Source of the DNA: Glaucostegus cemiculus
Taxonomy: Eukaryota
Assembly (NCBI GenBank): GCA_976551045.1
Contig: CDPCPM010000115.1
Location: forward strand, 1,302,001-1,366,000
Length of the DNA stretch: 64,000 nucleotides
Reading direction: 5' to 3'
The stretch's first letter is position 1, and each line of letters begins with the position of its first letter. Both the position numbers and the translations under genes were made by a program. Of this stretch, positions 41,901 to 51,385 are shown piece after piece. The notes below the pieces were generated by a model. That model had not been told where the DNA came from. It made no database searches and saw only the letters and a list, made by a program, of their open reading frames with translations.

Positions 41901-44900
41901 AAAGTGAACGGGCTGGTGTCGGGCATTTAAAGTGCTGGTGCATTTCTGTGCACCTAGCATCTCTTAGTGTTAACAAAGGAAGATGGAGGGATGAGAGAAT
42001 TTGCAGTTCTGATGGCTTGCGGAAAGAAGCTATTGTTCAGCCTGGTCCTTCTTGCCCTGATACATTTAAGCCTCCTCCCTGATGGCAAAATTGTGAAGAG
42101 GTTCACTGACAATCACTATGTCCTGACCCTTTTATTGTTCCTGCTGCTGTCTTTTTCTCTAATGGCTGGAACCAAGAGTCCATGTGTGAGGAATAAGTGG
42201 CAGCAATTCAGCATCGATGGTCCATGTCAAAGAAAAACTGCCGTAGATGACTACTTGCAGTTCAGGTAGGTCCTTAACATGATAGGCTGGACAAGACATG
42301 GTCACATCTAATCTGCTTTGCAGTTGATACTTCAAAAATAACTTCTCTAATTTTCTGATGGATTTCTTCCCAATTGTTAACCAACTTCCTTTTCAGAAAG
42401 AGAGACACAGGAGACTGCAAATATTGAAATCTGGAGCAGGTTCTTGCAGGGTCTTGACCCATGACATCACCCATCCCTTTCCCTCCACAGATGTTGCTTG
42501 ACCTGCTGAGTTCCTCCGGCAGTTTGCTTTTTGTTCATTTTCAGAAATTTCTCTGAATTCACATCTACCTTCGTAAGGTAAGGATTAATCAGATTTTTCC
42601 AATCAAAACATGGATATTCAATACAGATAATTTGCAATTAAAATGACTTCATCACCTCTCTGCCAGCAACATCATTTGTGCGATTCAGTCTCTCTCAATT
42701 TTTGCCCTTCCACAAACATTCCTTTTGTCCTCTCCATCCTCCTCCCTTCTCTGCACCTTAAAACACATTTAATTTCTAGATTTTCTTAATAGTGATAAAA
42801 GGTCAACCTGAAATGTTGGTTCTGTTTGTCTCCACAGATGCTGCCTGACCAGTTTGATGTCTATTTTTATTTCAGATTTCCAGCATCTGCAGCTTTTTGC
42901 TGTTCAGTGCAAAAGGGACTGACTAGCTTGAATTAATACATAATATATTGTAAGAGTGCTTTGATGATGCTCAGTGCATTTCAATGGGAAGGTGGATGAC
43001 AAGATAGTTTCACTTTAACAGTGGAGCAGTGCATTTCCTGCAGCAACTTTGCAGTTTCTGAGTTTGGTTGTGTATCTTGACCTTGCATGAAGCTGCTTTG
43101 CTATTCACCAGTGGTGACTGCAATCAGTATCACTTCTGCTTTGATACATTTTGTGCCATTCACAGGTTCGCGTACAAAATCCTTCTACCCAGATGAATTC
43201 CTTCCAATGTTGGATCACTCCATTAATTTAAATCTATTTAAACTTGCTTCTACAAATATTTCAGTTGTTGAAATTCAGTTCAACCAAGAACCTACAAGAT
43301 GAGTGTTAAGACTAAAATTGCAGCAAGCAGCTTGTACCATGCTTTAACAACTTAAAATAGAATCTATAGATATTAATGATACCATGAACTAAAAATCAAT
43401 AAATCTTATTCTGCCACAAAAGGCTCATATTTTAAAATAAAACATGTAACAGTCACAATTTTAATCAGAGTTCATTCATGTTATGAAAACAGAAGGTATA
43501 CTGGCTCACCCAAGTGTATAGCATGTAACTGTAATTCAGAGTTAATTAGTTTGAACCCATTACACTTCCCGATGAGTCAACTCAACAATGGATTTTTTTT
43601 GGGAGCTCACACAGGAAGGATGCCAACTAAATTCATTGACAGAAAGGCAGTCAATTGGCTTGTAGCTTTAGAGAAATAAACTATTCACATTTTTATGAAT
43701 GTTACTTTTACTAAATAGAATTAAATTAAATTTAGTAACTTAAAGTAAATTAAATACTGAAGCTTGATTCCACTATTGGATGTTGGTGCTCACCTGGAAT
43801 TTCAGGGAGTCGTCGGAGTTTGAGGTCATCTATATTTGTGGCAAGTGTGAAACGAAAAGCACCAGTCAATATCGCAATTCCTGAGCCATAAGCAGAATGG
43901 AAAATTTTGGCCTCCATAACTCGATTCTGTAACACCTCCTTCAAAAATAAAGGCATCGCTGAACTTCATCGCTTTGGTTCGGACAGCAGATCACTAACAT
44001 TTATGCAACAATTTTTAAAAATTCTATGCAGCCTGCTTGAGATACATTTGCAACTCACATAATTGGTATCAGCAGATCTAAATGCATTACCTTTCTTCGT
44101 GGGTCAAATCAACAATGCATCTTTTTTTTCTTGACCTCACACCAGAGTAAGACCCCTACTAAATCCACTAACAGAAGGTAACCTGCTTCCACTTTACCCA
44201 GAGAAGCAAATACTTTTAAAAATGTTTGAGTTATTCCCATCCTACTTTGAAAATATCAATTTTCAACTTGTCCATCCATGTCAAATTTAAGTTGAACTTC
44301 AATCAAATTTCCTTTGAATTAAAAACAAGTCCTTGTGTTCAAACCAATGCATTTCTGTGCTGAATGGATAGATTAATGCTGTTCTGATCTGGAAATTTTA
44401 CAAGTCATAGGCAGAGTAAACACCCTCTATTCTTCAACAAGCTGCATGAGGATGAGAGTGGGGTGGAACAATGGAATAACATTACATCTCATTTTACAAA
44501 CTACACTGAAGTGCAGTGACAACACTTAAACATAAATCAGCATCCAGATTTCACAGGACAGTCTAGAAAATGATGAGATGAATAAACCATCAACCCATTT
44601 ATGGTAATGTTGACCAAGGTGTACATGTTTATGAAAACATTAATAAAATGGTTTATCTTCTGATGACTGGGCTAAATTATTGTCTACGACTTAAATAAAA
44701 ATCCATCAACCACCAACTTGGCTCCTCGGCAATTCCTCCACTCATCTTCCCTCAACCCCATTCCCTCCCAATTTTCTTCCCTTCTCTATCGATTATCTGG
44801 AAATATGGCTCTCTGTGGTTTGAGGTTCATCTACTCTACAGAACAATCACCTTTCTTTTCTGCTCTAATAACACAACTTTCATTATTGATCGTGTGGATT

Positions 44901-46942
44901 TTCCGCAGGAGCCACTGGAAAGGATGATTTTGCCTCCCTTCCTTCGCTTGCATAGACATCAAAGTGAATTTCAGCAACCCTTGAGATCTTGCTACAGCAG
45001 ACCAGGTAATGGAACTGAAAGCTATCAGTAGATTCAACTTACCAACTTTGAAAGGCATACCTAACAAGTAAGTCTGAAAATAAGTGAGTCTTTAATGTAG
45101 ATAAAATGTCAGTCTGCTAAGGATTGCATAAGTGAGTCTTTAATGTAGATAAAATGTCAGTCTGCTAAGGATTGCTTAATCATGTAAAGCGAAAAAGATG
45201 AAGGTTTGTGGAAGGGATAATTACACTAATGCTACCTACAATCTCTTTGCAGGGATGATCTTACTTTTGTTTGACAGCAACTTACATTACCCATGCTGAA
45301 GTGTCTCTTAAATGTGCCAAAAATATTGTGGATTAGAACAGTCCCATCATCTTGTATACAGAGCAGATCTTCATCTGTAGTCCACCCAATGTGAACCACT
45401 ATGCCACTTTTCCACTGTAGTAACAAAAGGAACATAATGTTTTAATATTTCATTTTTGAATTAAACTTGAATTCAAACATAAAGGATAAAATACATTCCA
45501 GGCAAAGAGTAAATTGTACCATATACCTTATTTATTCATAATATTCACTAGCTAGTAGTGTTTATACTTAACTTTTTAAATATAGATTTTAAAAAAAGCT
45601 TCCTACAATGGAGAGGGCTCATAACTCGCTAAGACATCAACTATTCCCCCTTTCTTTCTCCACTTTTGTTTCAGGGCTGAAGACACCACCAATTTCCTAA
45701 AGTACCTTTAGTAGTACTTATTTCATTCTTAACTTTAATTATACATAATAAAATATAAATCTTAATATTGGTATAGTTTATTCTTGAAATCTATTGTCAT
45801 TTATTTGCCATGCTTGACTTAAAAATGCTGCATAAATAAAGAAAGTAGAAAGATAAAGCTTACTGGAAAGGAAACTATTCGGTTTCCCGATGAAGAGTAT
45901 ATTTCCATGACGGGGCGGAAACTTGGAGATCTCTCCTTGCGAGATTCATTGATCATCAAAGCTGCAACAGGCGTTAACGATACTATTGACAAGAGTTGGG
46001 GAGCAAAACATTGCTAAAAGATTAGAAAGGATCAAAAAGGTGCATTAATTAGCCAGAGAACATCTTACCAATAGGACCACCATATGGCGCGGCTGCAATT
46101 AAACAGTTACTGATATCCTCCCTAATCGTCCATCCGGAATACAGGTCAAACTTCCTTCACAGGATACAAAACATAAGAGTTAACCCTGCGAGCATCAAGC
46201 CAGTAAGTACCTTGATGTTACATAGTGTGTCACTAATTAATAAACTGGATTATTTCCATCAGCAATATAACTTCAGATGACATCCTTGTCATCACCTGAA
46301 CTTTCTTTTGTTTTTATTACATATAGAAAATGATGCCCCTCCGTTTAGAGGTCCGGGGAGGCAGCAGCAACGTTGAGATAACACTTCTAGTGTTGATGTT
46401 TTCTCCGTCTTCGTCAATCCTACTGAACAATCATTAATTTCCTTACATCGTCAGCACTGGAAACTCAGTGCGACCAGCATAGTTTGTGTCAGGCACTACA
46501 TCCACTCAAGTCAAATCTCAGCCCTGCCAGAACGAGCCCTGACATGAAGTGCTGCATTTATTTCGCCGTCAGAACCAGCTCTGCTGCTCTTCCCCTCCGG
46601 GGGTCCACCGCGCAGATGTTTTGCTGGCAGGTAACTGAACAGCGGCTGGAAGCAGGAACCCCGAGGGGCGAAGCAGGAGCACCGAGGGTTAGGCCGCAGG
46701 GAAGGTGGGGAAGAGCCAGGCGGGCGGGGGACGGAGCGGCGGCTGTGGCCGAGGGGAGTGCTCCCCGCCCGGGGGAGGGGGGGGGAGGACGGAGGGGCAG
46801 AGGGAGGGGTCGGAAGGAGGCGACGGTGAGGCCGGGCCGAGGGTCGGGTGCTGTCAGGTGCAGGAGCTTCGGCCGCGGACGTCGGCGCCGACCTGTAGAA
46901 CACGTCCCCGAGAGGGTTCCAGTTCGCCGTAACGAAAGCCAT
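2772..46942 (-). CDS. VPS16: Vacuolar protein sorting 16 (HOPS/CORVET core subunit), complete 24-exon gene, 837 aa
   Basis: Spliced CDS in transcript order: 46893-46942, 46069-46154, 45864-45961, 45286-45414, 43794-43938, 41131-41246, 39136-39258, 35869-35924, 34165-34254, 33425-33519, 29928-30004, 28422-28553, 25696-25823, 24725-24760, 24090-24198, 19807-19941, 18505-18613, 15428-15525, 14323-14430, 12917-12994, 6433-6602, 4226-4322, 4020-4123, 2772-2916. All introns are GT-AG, phases match and the total is 2514 nt. The translation ([12 protein letters not shown]...[10 protein letters not shown]...[15 protein letters not shown]...[21 protein letters not shown]...KSPIGY...RAKAQILKK*) is collinear with vertebrate VPS16 as I recall it. 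Confidence 0.98.
4020..4123 (-). CDS. VPS16: VPS16 exon 23
   Basis: [34 protein letters not shown](G). Confidence 0.96.
4226..4322 (-). CDS. VPS16: VPS16 exon 22
   Basis: [32 protein letters not shown]. Confidence 0.97.
4455..5480 (-). mobile_element. CR1 LINE, 5'-truncated, with open RT C-terminus (303 aa) and (TCTTGTGA)n tail
   Basis: ORF 4542-5453: [33 protein letters not shown]; tail repeats at about 4457-4474. Confidence 0.93.
6433..6602 (-). CDS. VPS16: VPS16 exon 21
   Basis: [56 protein letters not shown](R). Confidence 0.96.
7030..7145 (+). mobile_element. Deu-domain SINE fragment (SacSINE/AmnSINE-like), highly decayed
   Basis: GGGAGCTTGCTGTGCG ... TACTTAATTGGC ... CACCATATAAATGCAA resembles the Deu-SINE consensus as I recall it. 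Confidence 0.4.
7414..7740 (+). mobile_element. tRNA-derived V-SINE with CR1-like tail (HE1-like)
   Basis: B-box-like GGGTTTGATCCTG; V-core TGTGTGGAGTTT...GTGACTGTGTGGGTTT...GGTGCTCTGGTTTC; tail GGGCTGAAAAGGCCT. Confidence 0.75.
8355..10190 (-). mobile_element. Rex1/Babar LINE fragment with frameshifted ORF2
   Basis: [61 protein letters not shown] and [16 protein letters not shown] found in several frames. Confidence 0.88.
10345..11740 (-). mobile_element. Penelope-like element fragment (GIY-YIG) with terminal repeats at both ends in inverted orientation
   Basis: [24 protein letters not shown] and [29 protein letters not shown]; terminal-repeat motif at 10360-10450 (-) and 11665-11740 (+). 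Confidence 0.8.
12917..12994 (-). CDS. VPS16: VPS16 exon 20
   Basis: [26 protein letters not shown]; donor GTTTGT. Confidence 0.95.
13110..13520 (-). mobile_element. L2-clade LINE 3' fragment, old
   Basis: [24 protein letters not shown]...APKHWSSL resembles the L2 ORF2 C-terminus. Confidence 0.55.
14323..14430 (-). CDS. VPS16: VPS16 exon 19
   Basis: [36 protein letters not shown]. Confidence 0.96.
15428..15525 (-). CDS. VPS16: VPS16 exon 18
   Basis: [33 protein letters not shown]. Confidence 0.97.
18505..18613 (-). CDS. VPS16: VPS16 exon 17
   Basis: [36 protein letters not shown]. Confidence 0.97.
19807..19941 (-). CDS. VPS16: VPS16 exon 16
   Basis: [45 protein letters not shown]. Confidence 0.97.
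20788..23725 (-). mobile_element. CR1 LINE of about 2.9 kb covering nearly all of ORF2 (APE endonuclease and RT), frameshifted
   Basis: [35 protein letters not shown] (APE); [30 protein letters not shown] (RT); tail (TTCTATG)n near 20789-20800. Confidence 0.95.
24090..24198 (-). CDS. VPS16: VPS16 exon 15
   Basis: [36 protein letters not shown]. Confidence 0.96.
24725..24760 (-). CDS. VPS16: VPS16 exon 14 (36-nt mini-exon)
   Basis: [11 protein letters not shown](R); CAG acceptor, GTAAC donor. Confidence 0.93.
24761..25695 (-). other. U12-type (minor spliceosome) intron 13 of VPS16
   Basis: 5' splice site GTATCCTTG; branch-like TCTTTGAC about 11 nt before the CAG acceptor. Confidence 0.92.
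25696..25823 (-). CDS. VPS16: VPS16 exon 13 (followed by U12-type donor)
   Basis: [42 protein letters not shown](Q); donor GTATCCTTG. Confidence 0.96.
27015..27252 (+). mobile_element. CR1 3' fragment, same subfamily as the copies at 4455 and 63143
   Basis: [15 protein letters not shown]-type coding end and TCTTGTGATCTTGTGA tail. Confidence 0.88.
27581..27875 (+). mobile_element. tRNA-derived V-SINE, well preserved
   Basis: A-box TAGCATAGTGG, B-box GGTTCAAATC, V-core GTGGGTTTCCTCTGGGTGCTCCGGTTTCCTCCCAC, tail ATGTGACTAATAAAG. Confidence 0.85.
28005..28340 (+). mobile_element. Rex1/Babar 3' end fragment
   Basis: GACTTAAGAACAGCTTTTTCC..AGACTCCTGAAC (RLKNSFFP..RLLN) plus a TG-rich 3' UTR. Confidence 0.6.
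28422..28553 (-). CDS. VPS16: VPS16 exon 12
   Basis: [44 protein letters not shown]. Confidence 0.97.
29128..29321. mobile_element. Decayed Tc1/mariner (Tigger-like) MITE
   Basis: Right end GTTCATAAGCTGTGGAGGATCTG-TA resembles the MITE ends at 53634 and 60240. Confidence 0.4.
29928..30004 (-). CDS. VPS16: VPS16 exon 11
   Basis: [25 protein letters not shown]. Confidence 0.96.
30500..32930 (-). mobile_element. CR1 LINE of about 2.4 kb, degraded ORF2
   Basis: [41 protein letters not shown]; tail (TCTTATG) at about 30500. Confidence 0.93.
33425..33519 (-). CDS. VPS16: VPS16 exon 10
   Basis: [31 protein letters not shown]. Confidence 0.95.
33520..34164 (-). other. U12-type (minor spliceosome) intron 9 of VPS16
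   Basis: 5' splice site GTATCCTTG; branch-like TCCTAAAC about 12 nt before the CAG acceptor; no polypyrimidine tract. Confidence 0.92.
34165..34254 (-). CDS. VPS16: VPS16 exon 9 (followed by U12-type donor)
   Basis: [29 protein letters not shown](K); donor GTATCCTTG. Confidence 0.93.
34659..34894 (+). mobile_element. Solo LTR, 236 bp, probably Gypsy type
   Basis: TG...CA ends; 14-bp terminal inverted repeat with 1 mismatch (TGTAGTGACCCGCG / CGCGGGTGACTACA); 4-bp TSD GGCT on both sides; internal AATAAA at 34825-34830. Confidence 0.85.
35869..35924 (-). CDS. VPS16: VPS16 exon 8
   Basis: [18 protein letters not shown](W); 56 nt, phase fits both neighbours. Confidence 0.92.
37330..38640 (+). 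mobile_element. L2-clade LINE fragment, old
   Basis: Decayed LLDLSAAFD-type motif (CTCCTTGATCCATCTGTAACCTTTGAC), [14 protein letters not shown], and an L2-like 3' part. Confidence 0.65.
39136..39258 (-). CDS. VPS16: VPS16 exon 7
   Basis: [41 protein letters not shown]. Confidence 0.95.
40670..41110 (-). mobile_element. Deu-domain SINE-like relic
   Basis: GTATATTTATCTAGC...CAGCAGTCAATGTTACAACATACAGATC resembles the reverse complement of the Deu core and tail. Confidence 0.4.
41131..41246 (-). CDS. VPS16: VPS16 exon 6
   Basis: [39 protein letters not shown]. Confidence 0.94.
41660..42110 (-). mobile_element. Rex1/Babar 3' fragment
   Basis: (TTCTGA)n tail with AATAAA at about 41663-41686; GAAAGAAGCTATTGTTCAGCCTGGTCC is the reverse complement of TRLNNSFF. 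Confidence 0.7.
43794..43938 (-). CDS. VPS16: VPS16 exon 5
   Basis: [48 protein letters not shown]. Confidence 0.96.
45080..45175. repeat. Perfect 48-bp tandem duplication
   Basis: ATAAGTGAGTCTTTAATGTAGATAAAATGTCAGTCTGCTAAGGATTGC twice (45080-45127, 45128-45175). Confidence 0.95.
45286..45414 (-). CDS. VPS16: VPS16 exon 4
   Basis: [43 protein letters not shown]. Confidence 0.96.
45864..45961 (-). CDS. VPS16: VPS16 exon 3
   Basis: [33 protein letters not shown]; CAG acceptor, GTAAG donor. Confidence 0.93.
46069..46154 (-). CDS. VPS16: VPS16 exon 2
   Basis: [28 protein letters not shown]; AG acceptor, GTAAG donor. Confidence 0.95.
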
Positions 46943-47100
46943 GTCGCCTGCCCGGGAGCGGCCACCGCAGCGCCGCTGAGGCCGGCCGGTCTCCAACGCA
47001 GCTCAGTAAGGGTGCGGGAGCTCAGCCGCGCATCCCGCTTCCCTCCCGCGACAGCGCCACCTCTCCCCCGTTCTGCAGTCCGGCCCCTGCACCCACCTCT
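46590..47100 (-). promoter_or_regulatory. CpG island and promoter region of VPS16
   Basis: Only extended GC- and CpG-rich tract in the window; spans exon 1; contains GC-box-like runs (GGCGGG, CCCCGCCC); no obvious TATA box. Confidence 0.85.
46893..46942 (-). CDS. VPS16: VPS16 coding exon 1
   Basis: [17 protein letters not shown]; ATG in GACATGG context within a CpG island; donor GTCGGC. Confidence 0.93.
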
Positions 47101-47540
47101 CCCTCCAGCAACAGTGCCATCATTCTGTACCCACCTTCCAGCTTCAGCCACCCATCATTGCTTCCCCCGTCATTGTTCCTCCTGCCAGTGCCAGCTCTGC
47201 CCACCCCTGTGCCTCCTTCCAGCAACAGCACTGCCCATCACTTTCTTTCCTTCCAGTGACAGATGCACCCATCACTGTCCCTTTTTGCAGCAACAACGCT
47301 GCTACCACGTTGTCCCTCCTTCTAATGACAACGGCACCTCCACTCCGTCCCTCCTTCCTTCAACGATTTGGACAAAACTCTACAGAGTAGAGCAGGGCAC
47401 CATCACTCCCTCCAGTGACAGCATTACCCATCATTCCATCCATCCAGCAATGCCGCCCATCCTTCCTCTTCTCCTCCCAGTGACCCTCCATCACTAGTGT
47501 CATCTCTCTGACCCTATCTCCACCACCCATCTTTCCAGAA
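47090..47540. repeat. Degenerate C-rich minisatellite of about 30-bp units upstream of the VPS16 start
   Basis: Recurring unit CCTCCAGYRACAGCA..CCCATCAYT, e.g. near 47101, 47214, 47249, 47407 and 47473. Confidence 0.65.
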
Positions 47541-48079
47541 ATAGCAGCAATGGTCAACAGAACATGTACCAGTTAATATGTTCCTGTCAAATTCATTGGC
47601 AAAGGTGGCAACAAAATATTTCAGTCTATGCTTGAGCTTACCTCAGTGCAACTCCTAAAAACAGGAGTCAGTGGCCTTTTACATTTATGACAAATACCAA
47701 CAATGCAGGGGAACCTAAATAAAGAGAGGATAAAGAACACAAAAGCAAGCTATTTCTAAACTATTGTAAGCACCTGAAAATAATTCAAGGCTGGAAACAT
47801 AATTAATTTGATCTGCAAAAATAGTAAAATTTTAAAACTCTTCACACTGTCTGCACGAGTCTGTTATACCGCTCGTCTTTTAGATTAATGATCTGCATTT
47901 ATGCAGGAAATAATTTCATAGCTTGTACATAACTCAAAACTCCAATGATTATTAAATAGAGACAATAACAATCTTTTAAAGTAACACAATGAAAGTAGCA
48001 AGCACAAGAAAGATAAATTTTAATGTCAAAAATTCTAAAGTAATACATTTTAATAGGTTATACAACTTGAAACAAAATA

Positions 48080-48990
48080 CATTAAAGTGTTTTAAAAGGT
48101 AGAGTGGTCAAGGACTAGAGATCACAGGTATAAAAGGTAAGAGAATTAAGAATAAGGGTAAACATTTCTAACTAGCATATCATTAGAATCTGGAATGTAC
48201 TGCCTACAGTTGTAGTGGACACAGGTCCCACTGTGACATTCAAGAGGAATTAGATAAAAATATGGTGGAGGAAAATTTGCAAGTCTGTGCATAAAGGACT
48301 AATGGGTAGAACTAGAGTTGATCTGCTAGATGATTGGTTTGGCAATGATGGACTGAATGGCTTCCTCCTGTGCTGTAACCATTCAATGGTTCTATTAACA
48401 GAGAGACCTAGGTGAATGGCCACTGATGTTGAATACGGGAGGTATCTTGTGAAGGTTGTTAAAATAAGATCTTATCAATACAGGCAATGAGGAAAAAGAC
48501 AAAGAAGCAATGTACAAGCTTTATATAATACTGATTAGGCCCCCAGGTTAAATAATGTGGCCAATTTTGGAAAACTACAGTTCAGAGTGGGCACAGAGCA
48601 GATTTCTTGGCATGTTAACAAGGATAAAGTATATTCAGTTACATGAAGAAATTAGGAAAACTGAAGTTGTTCTCCAGGTGTAGAGAAGCATCATAAAGAA
48701 AACAGACCATGAATGGTTATGATCCTGGGAATTGTATCCAGTCGCAGAATGGTCACTAAACTTGAGTTAAAGTAATCGCTTATATTAAAAAGGTGGGGAG
48801 AGGGAGAAGTGCATTAAGTTTTGCCTGAAAAGGTGGTGGAATCAAATGTAAAACTTTCAACAGGAATTGGATATATTGAAATAAGGCTCTGGGCAATAAA
48901 AACAGCAGAGTTAGACTAATTTGGCTAACTTCTTCAAAGAACCAGCACAGGCTCTATGTAATTTCCTTCTGTTCTGCTTTATTCTATTGC
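48080..48990 (+). mobile_element. Two old CR1 3' fragments in tandem
   Basis: RTRDH..IWNVLP-type coding ends and CR1 3' UTR motifs (GGACTGAATGGCTTCCTCCTGTGCTGTAACCATTC). Confidence 0.65.
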
Positions 48991-49531
48991 CATATTACAT
49001 AACCCCAGAGTAGTTAGTTAGGAATAATATTACAAAACTGAACCAGGAAGTAAAATTCTTTAATTGTACGTATGATTTTAAACATTTACAGAAAGTCAGA
49101 TTAAGATTGAACATAAGCATGAGTTAAGGTAACAGATCAAGTATCATAAACTTAAGAAAAATAAAATACACATTTTTGATATTTGTACATGAAATATTTT
49201 GTCAAAGTTGAATTTAGTTTCTGCAGTAACTTCTTTGGTAGGCTACAACAGTACAACTTGTTGAGAAGCCGAGTATTAACTGACAGCAACTAGATTTCCA
49301 TATTTAGCTGTGCACTTTCATTTTCCGGAGTCTACCATCATATTTTCTTCATTTACAGAAGTTCACTGTTCAACTCATTGTGAATTCTGGATCAATGGTT
49401 TATGCATGAAATCTTCATATATTTTTAACTTTTAAATGATATCTACTGGCTATTTACTAATGTTGTGTTAGTTACTTATTTTCCATAAAGAAGGCGTGCC
49501 AGCGTCTCTACTTTCTTTGAAGTTTAAGGAG

Positions 49532-50357
49532 TGTTACGAAACCAGCAACAAAAGAAGCACACCAATTCATACTTCAGTGTTAAAACTACTTTATTAATAA
49601 CTACATCCGATAATACGCAAAATAAGAATAAAAAGTTAGTATATTAGTACACAATAAAATGTTAGAATCTTAAACTATAACCCCAAAACTACTCGTCGTG
49701 TGTGTGTGTCGAATTCCTAAACTCAAAGTCCAGGAATTAGTTCTTGAAGTTCAGTTCAATAAGCCGTAAGATGACACGAGTAAAGGCTTCTTCACAAGCA
49801 CTGTCCACCGAAGACAAAACATAGATATAGAGAGAGATTAGAGAGGAATCACGAAATCCGAATGTTCCACTCGAAACTCAAACGACACTTCAGGGCTTAC
49901 TCGGTAGTGACTTTCTCACCCTGAAAACTCCTTGATCGTGACTGTCCATGCAAATACCTGTGTTCTTCTACAGGTTAGCAGCAAAGTGAATTCCGTCACT
50001 TTGTTCCACGGTATCTGCCACTCTGAAGAGCATCCAAAATGTGGTTGTTCACGCAAACACCTGTGTCCTTCTACAGGTTACCGACAAAGTGAACTCCACT
50101 GGACTACTCCAGAAATCCATCCACGGATTTTAGTGACAAACACAGTTACTGTCCTTCATCCATCAACAGAAACAAAACAAGCTGCCATCACTCCTTCTTC
50201 TCTCTTTCCATCTGTCTGTCTCTCTCTCTCTTATCTTTTTCTTTCTTGTAATGGCCTCATCACGTTAGTCTTATCTTCTGCTGACGTAATACGTTGCACA
50301 CACACACAATGTCCCATCTTAAAGGGATATTTGCCTATAGTAAGCTACTTCGTAACA
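49532..50357 (-). mobile_element. Solo LTR, 826 bp, probably Gypsy type
   Basis: Ends TGTTACGAA...TTCGTAACA (perfect 9-bp inverted repeat); 4-bp TSD GGAG at 49528-49531 and 50358-50361; minus-strand AATAAA at about 49590-49595. Confidence 0.88.
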
Positions 50358-50807
50358 GGAGATTCAGCATGTCATCAAAGACTCTGACAACCTTCTACAG
50401 TGTAGAGTGGAAAGAATTCTGAATGCTTGCATCACGGCTTGGTATGGAAACTCCAATGCACATGAACACAGAAGCTACAGAACAGTGGACTCAGCCAGTT
50501 CCATCGTGGGTACAGCTATAATCTATAAGAGGCAATGTCTCAGGAAGGCAATATCCATCACCATGGACCCCCACCATCCAGGCCATGCCCTCTTCTTGAT
50601 GTTGCCATCAGGCAGGAGGTACAGGAGCCTGAAGACCCACACGTCAGGGTTCAACAACAGCTTCTTCCCCACTGCCATCAGGTTCTTGAACCAACCTGAA
50701 AAACCATTACACTAACTCAAACTATATTTCATTTTCTCTCTCCCAACTTTCACTAGTGTCATTATGTTTATTTTGTTCTGTAAATTATGTTTAATTTATG
50801 TTCATTT

Positions 50808-51385
50808 AAACTTCTACAGATGCACCATAGAAAGCAATCCTATCTGGATGTATCACAACTTAGTACGGCAACTGCTCTGCCCAGGACCGCAAGAAACTGC
50901 AGAGAGTTGTGGACACAGCCCAGCACATTACAGACACCAGCCTCCCCTCCTTGGACTCTGTCTTTACCTCTCGCTGTCTTGGTGAAGCAGCCAGAATAAT
51001 CAAAGAACCCACACACCTGGGACATTCTCTCTTCTCTCCTCTTCCATCGGGTAGAAGATACAGGTGCCTGAAGGCACGTACCACCAGACTTAAGGACAGC
51101 TTCTACCCCACTGTGTTAAGACTATTGAACAGTTCCCTGATACAATGAGATGGACTATGACTTCATGATCTACCTTGTTGTGACCTCGCACCTTATTGCA
51201 CTGCATACTCTGTAGCTGTGACACTTTACTCTGTACAGTTATTGTTTCTACCTGTACTACATCAATGCACTCTGTACTGACTCACTGTAACTGCACTGTG
51301 TAATGAATTGACCTGTACGATCCGTTTGTAAGACAAGCTTTTCACTATACCTCGGTACAAGTGACAATAATAAACCAATACCAAT
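50808..51385 (+). mobile_element. Second Rex1/Babar 3' fragment nested in the first
   Basis: NFYRCTIES...LPSGRRYRCLKARTTRLKDSFYP; own tail GTGACAATAATAAACCAATACCAAT; similar to the 8355-8600 segment. Confidence 0.87.

Noticed and set aside
45080-45175. CRISPR-like direct repeats
   Set aside because: Two abutting units with no spacer, in a eukaryotic intron, with no cas genes.
46484-47497. Long overlapping ORFs (337, 197 and 161 aa) at the VPS16 start as possible new genes
   Set aside because: They are low-complexity Arg/Gly/Pro translations expected from a stop-poor CpG island and minisatellite. Only the 50-nt VPS16 exon 1 has a recognisable product.
49932-50387. 151-aa ORF
   Set aside because: It lies inside the solo LTR, crosses CT and CA microsatellites, and has no gag, pol or env motif.
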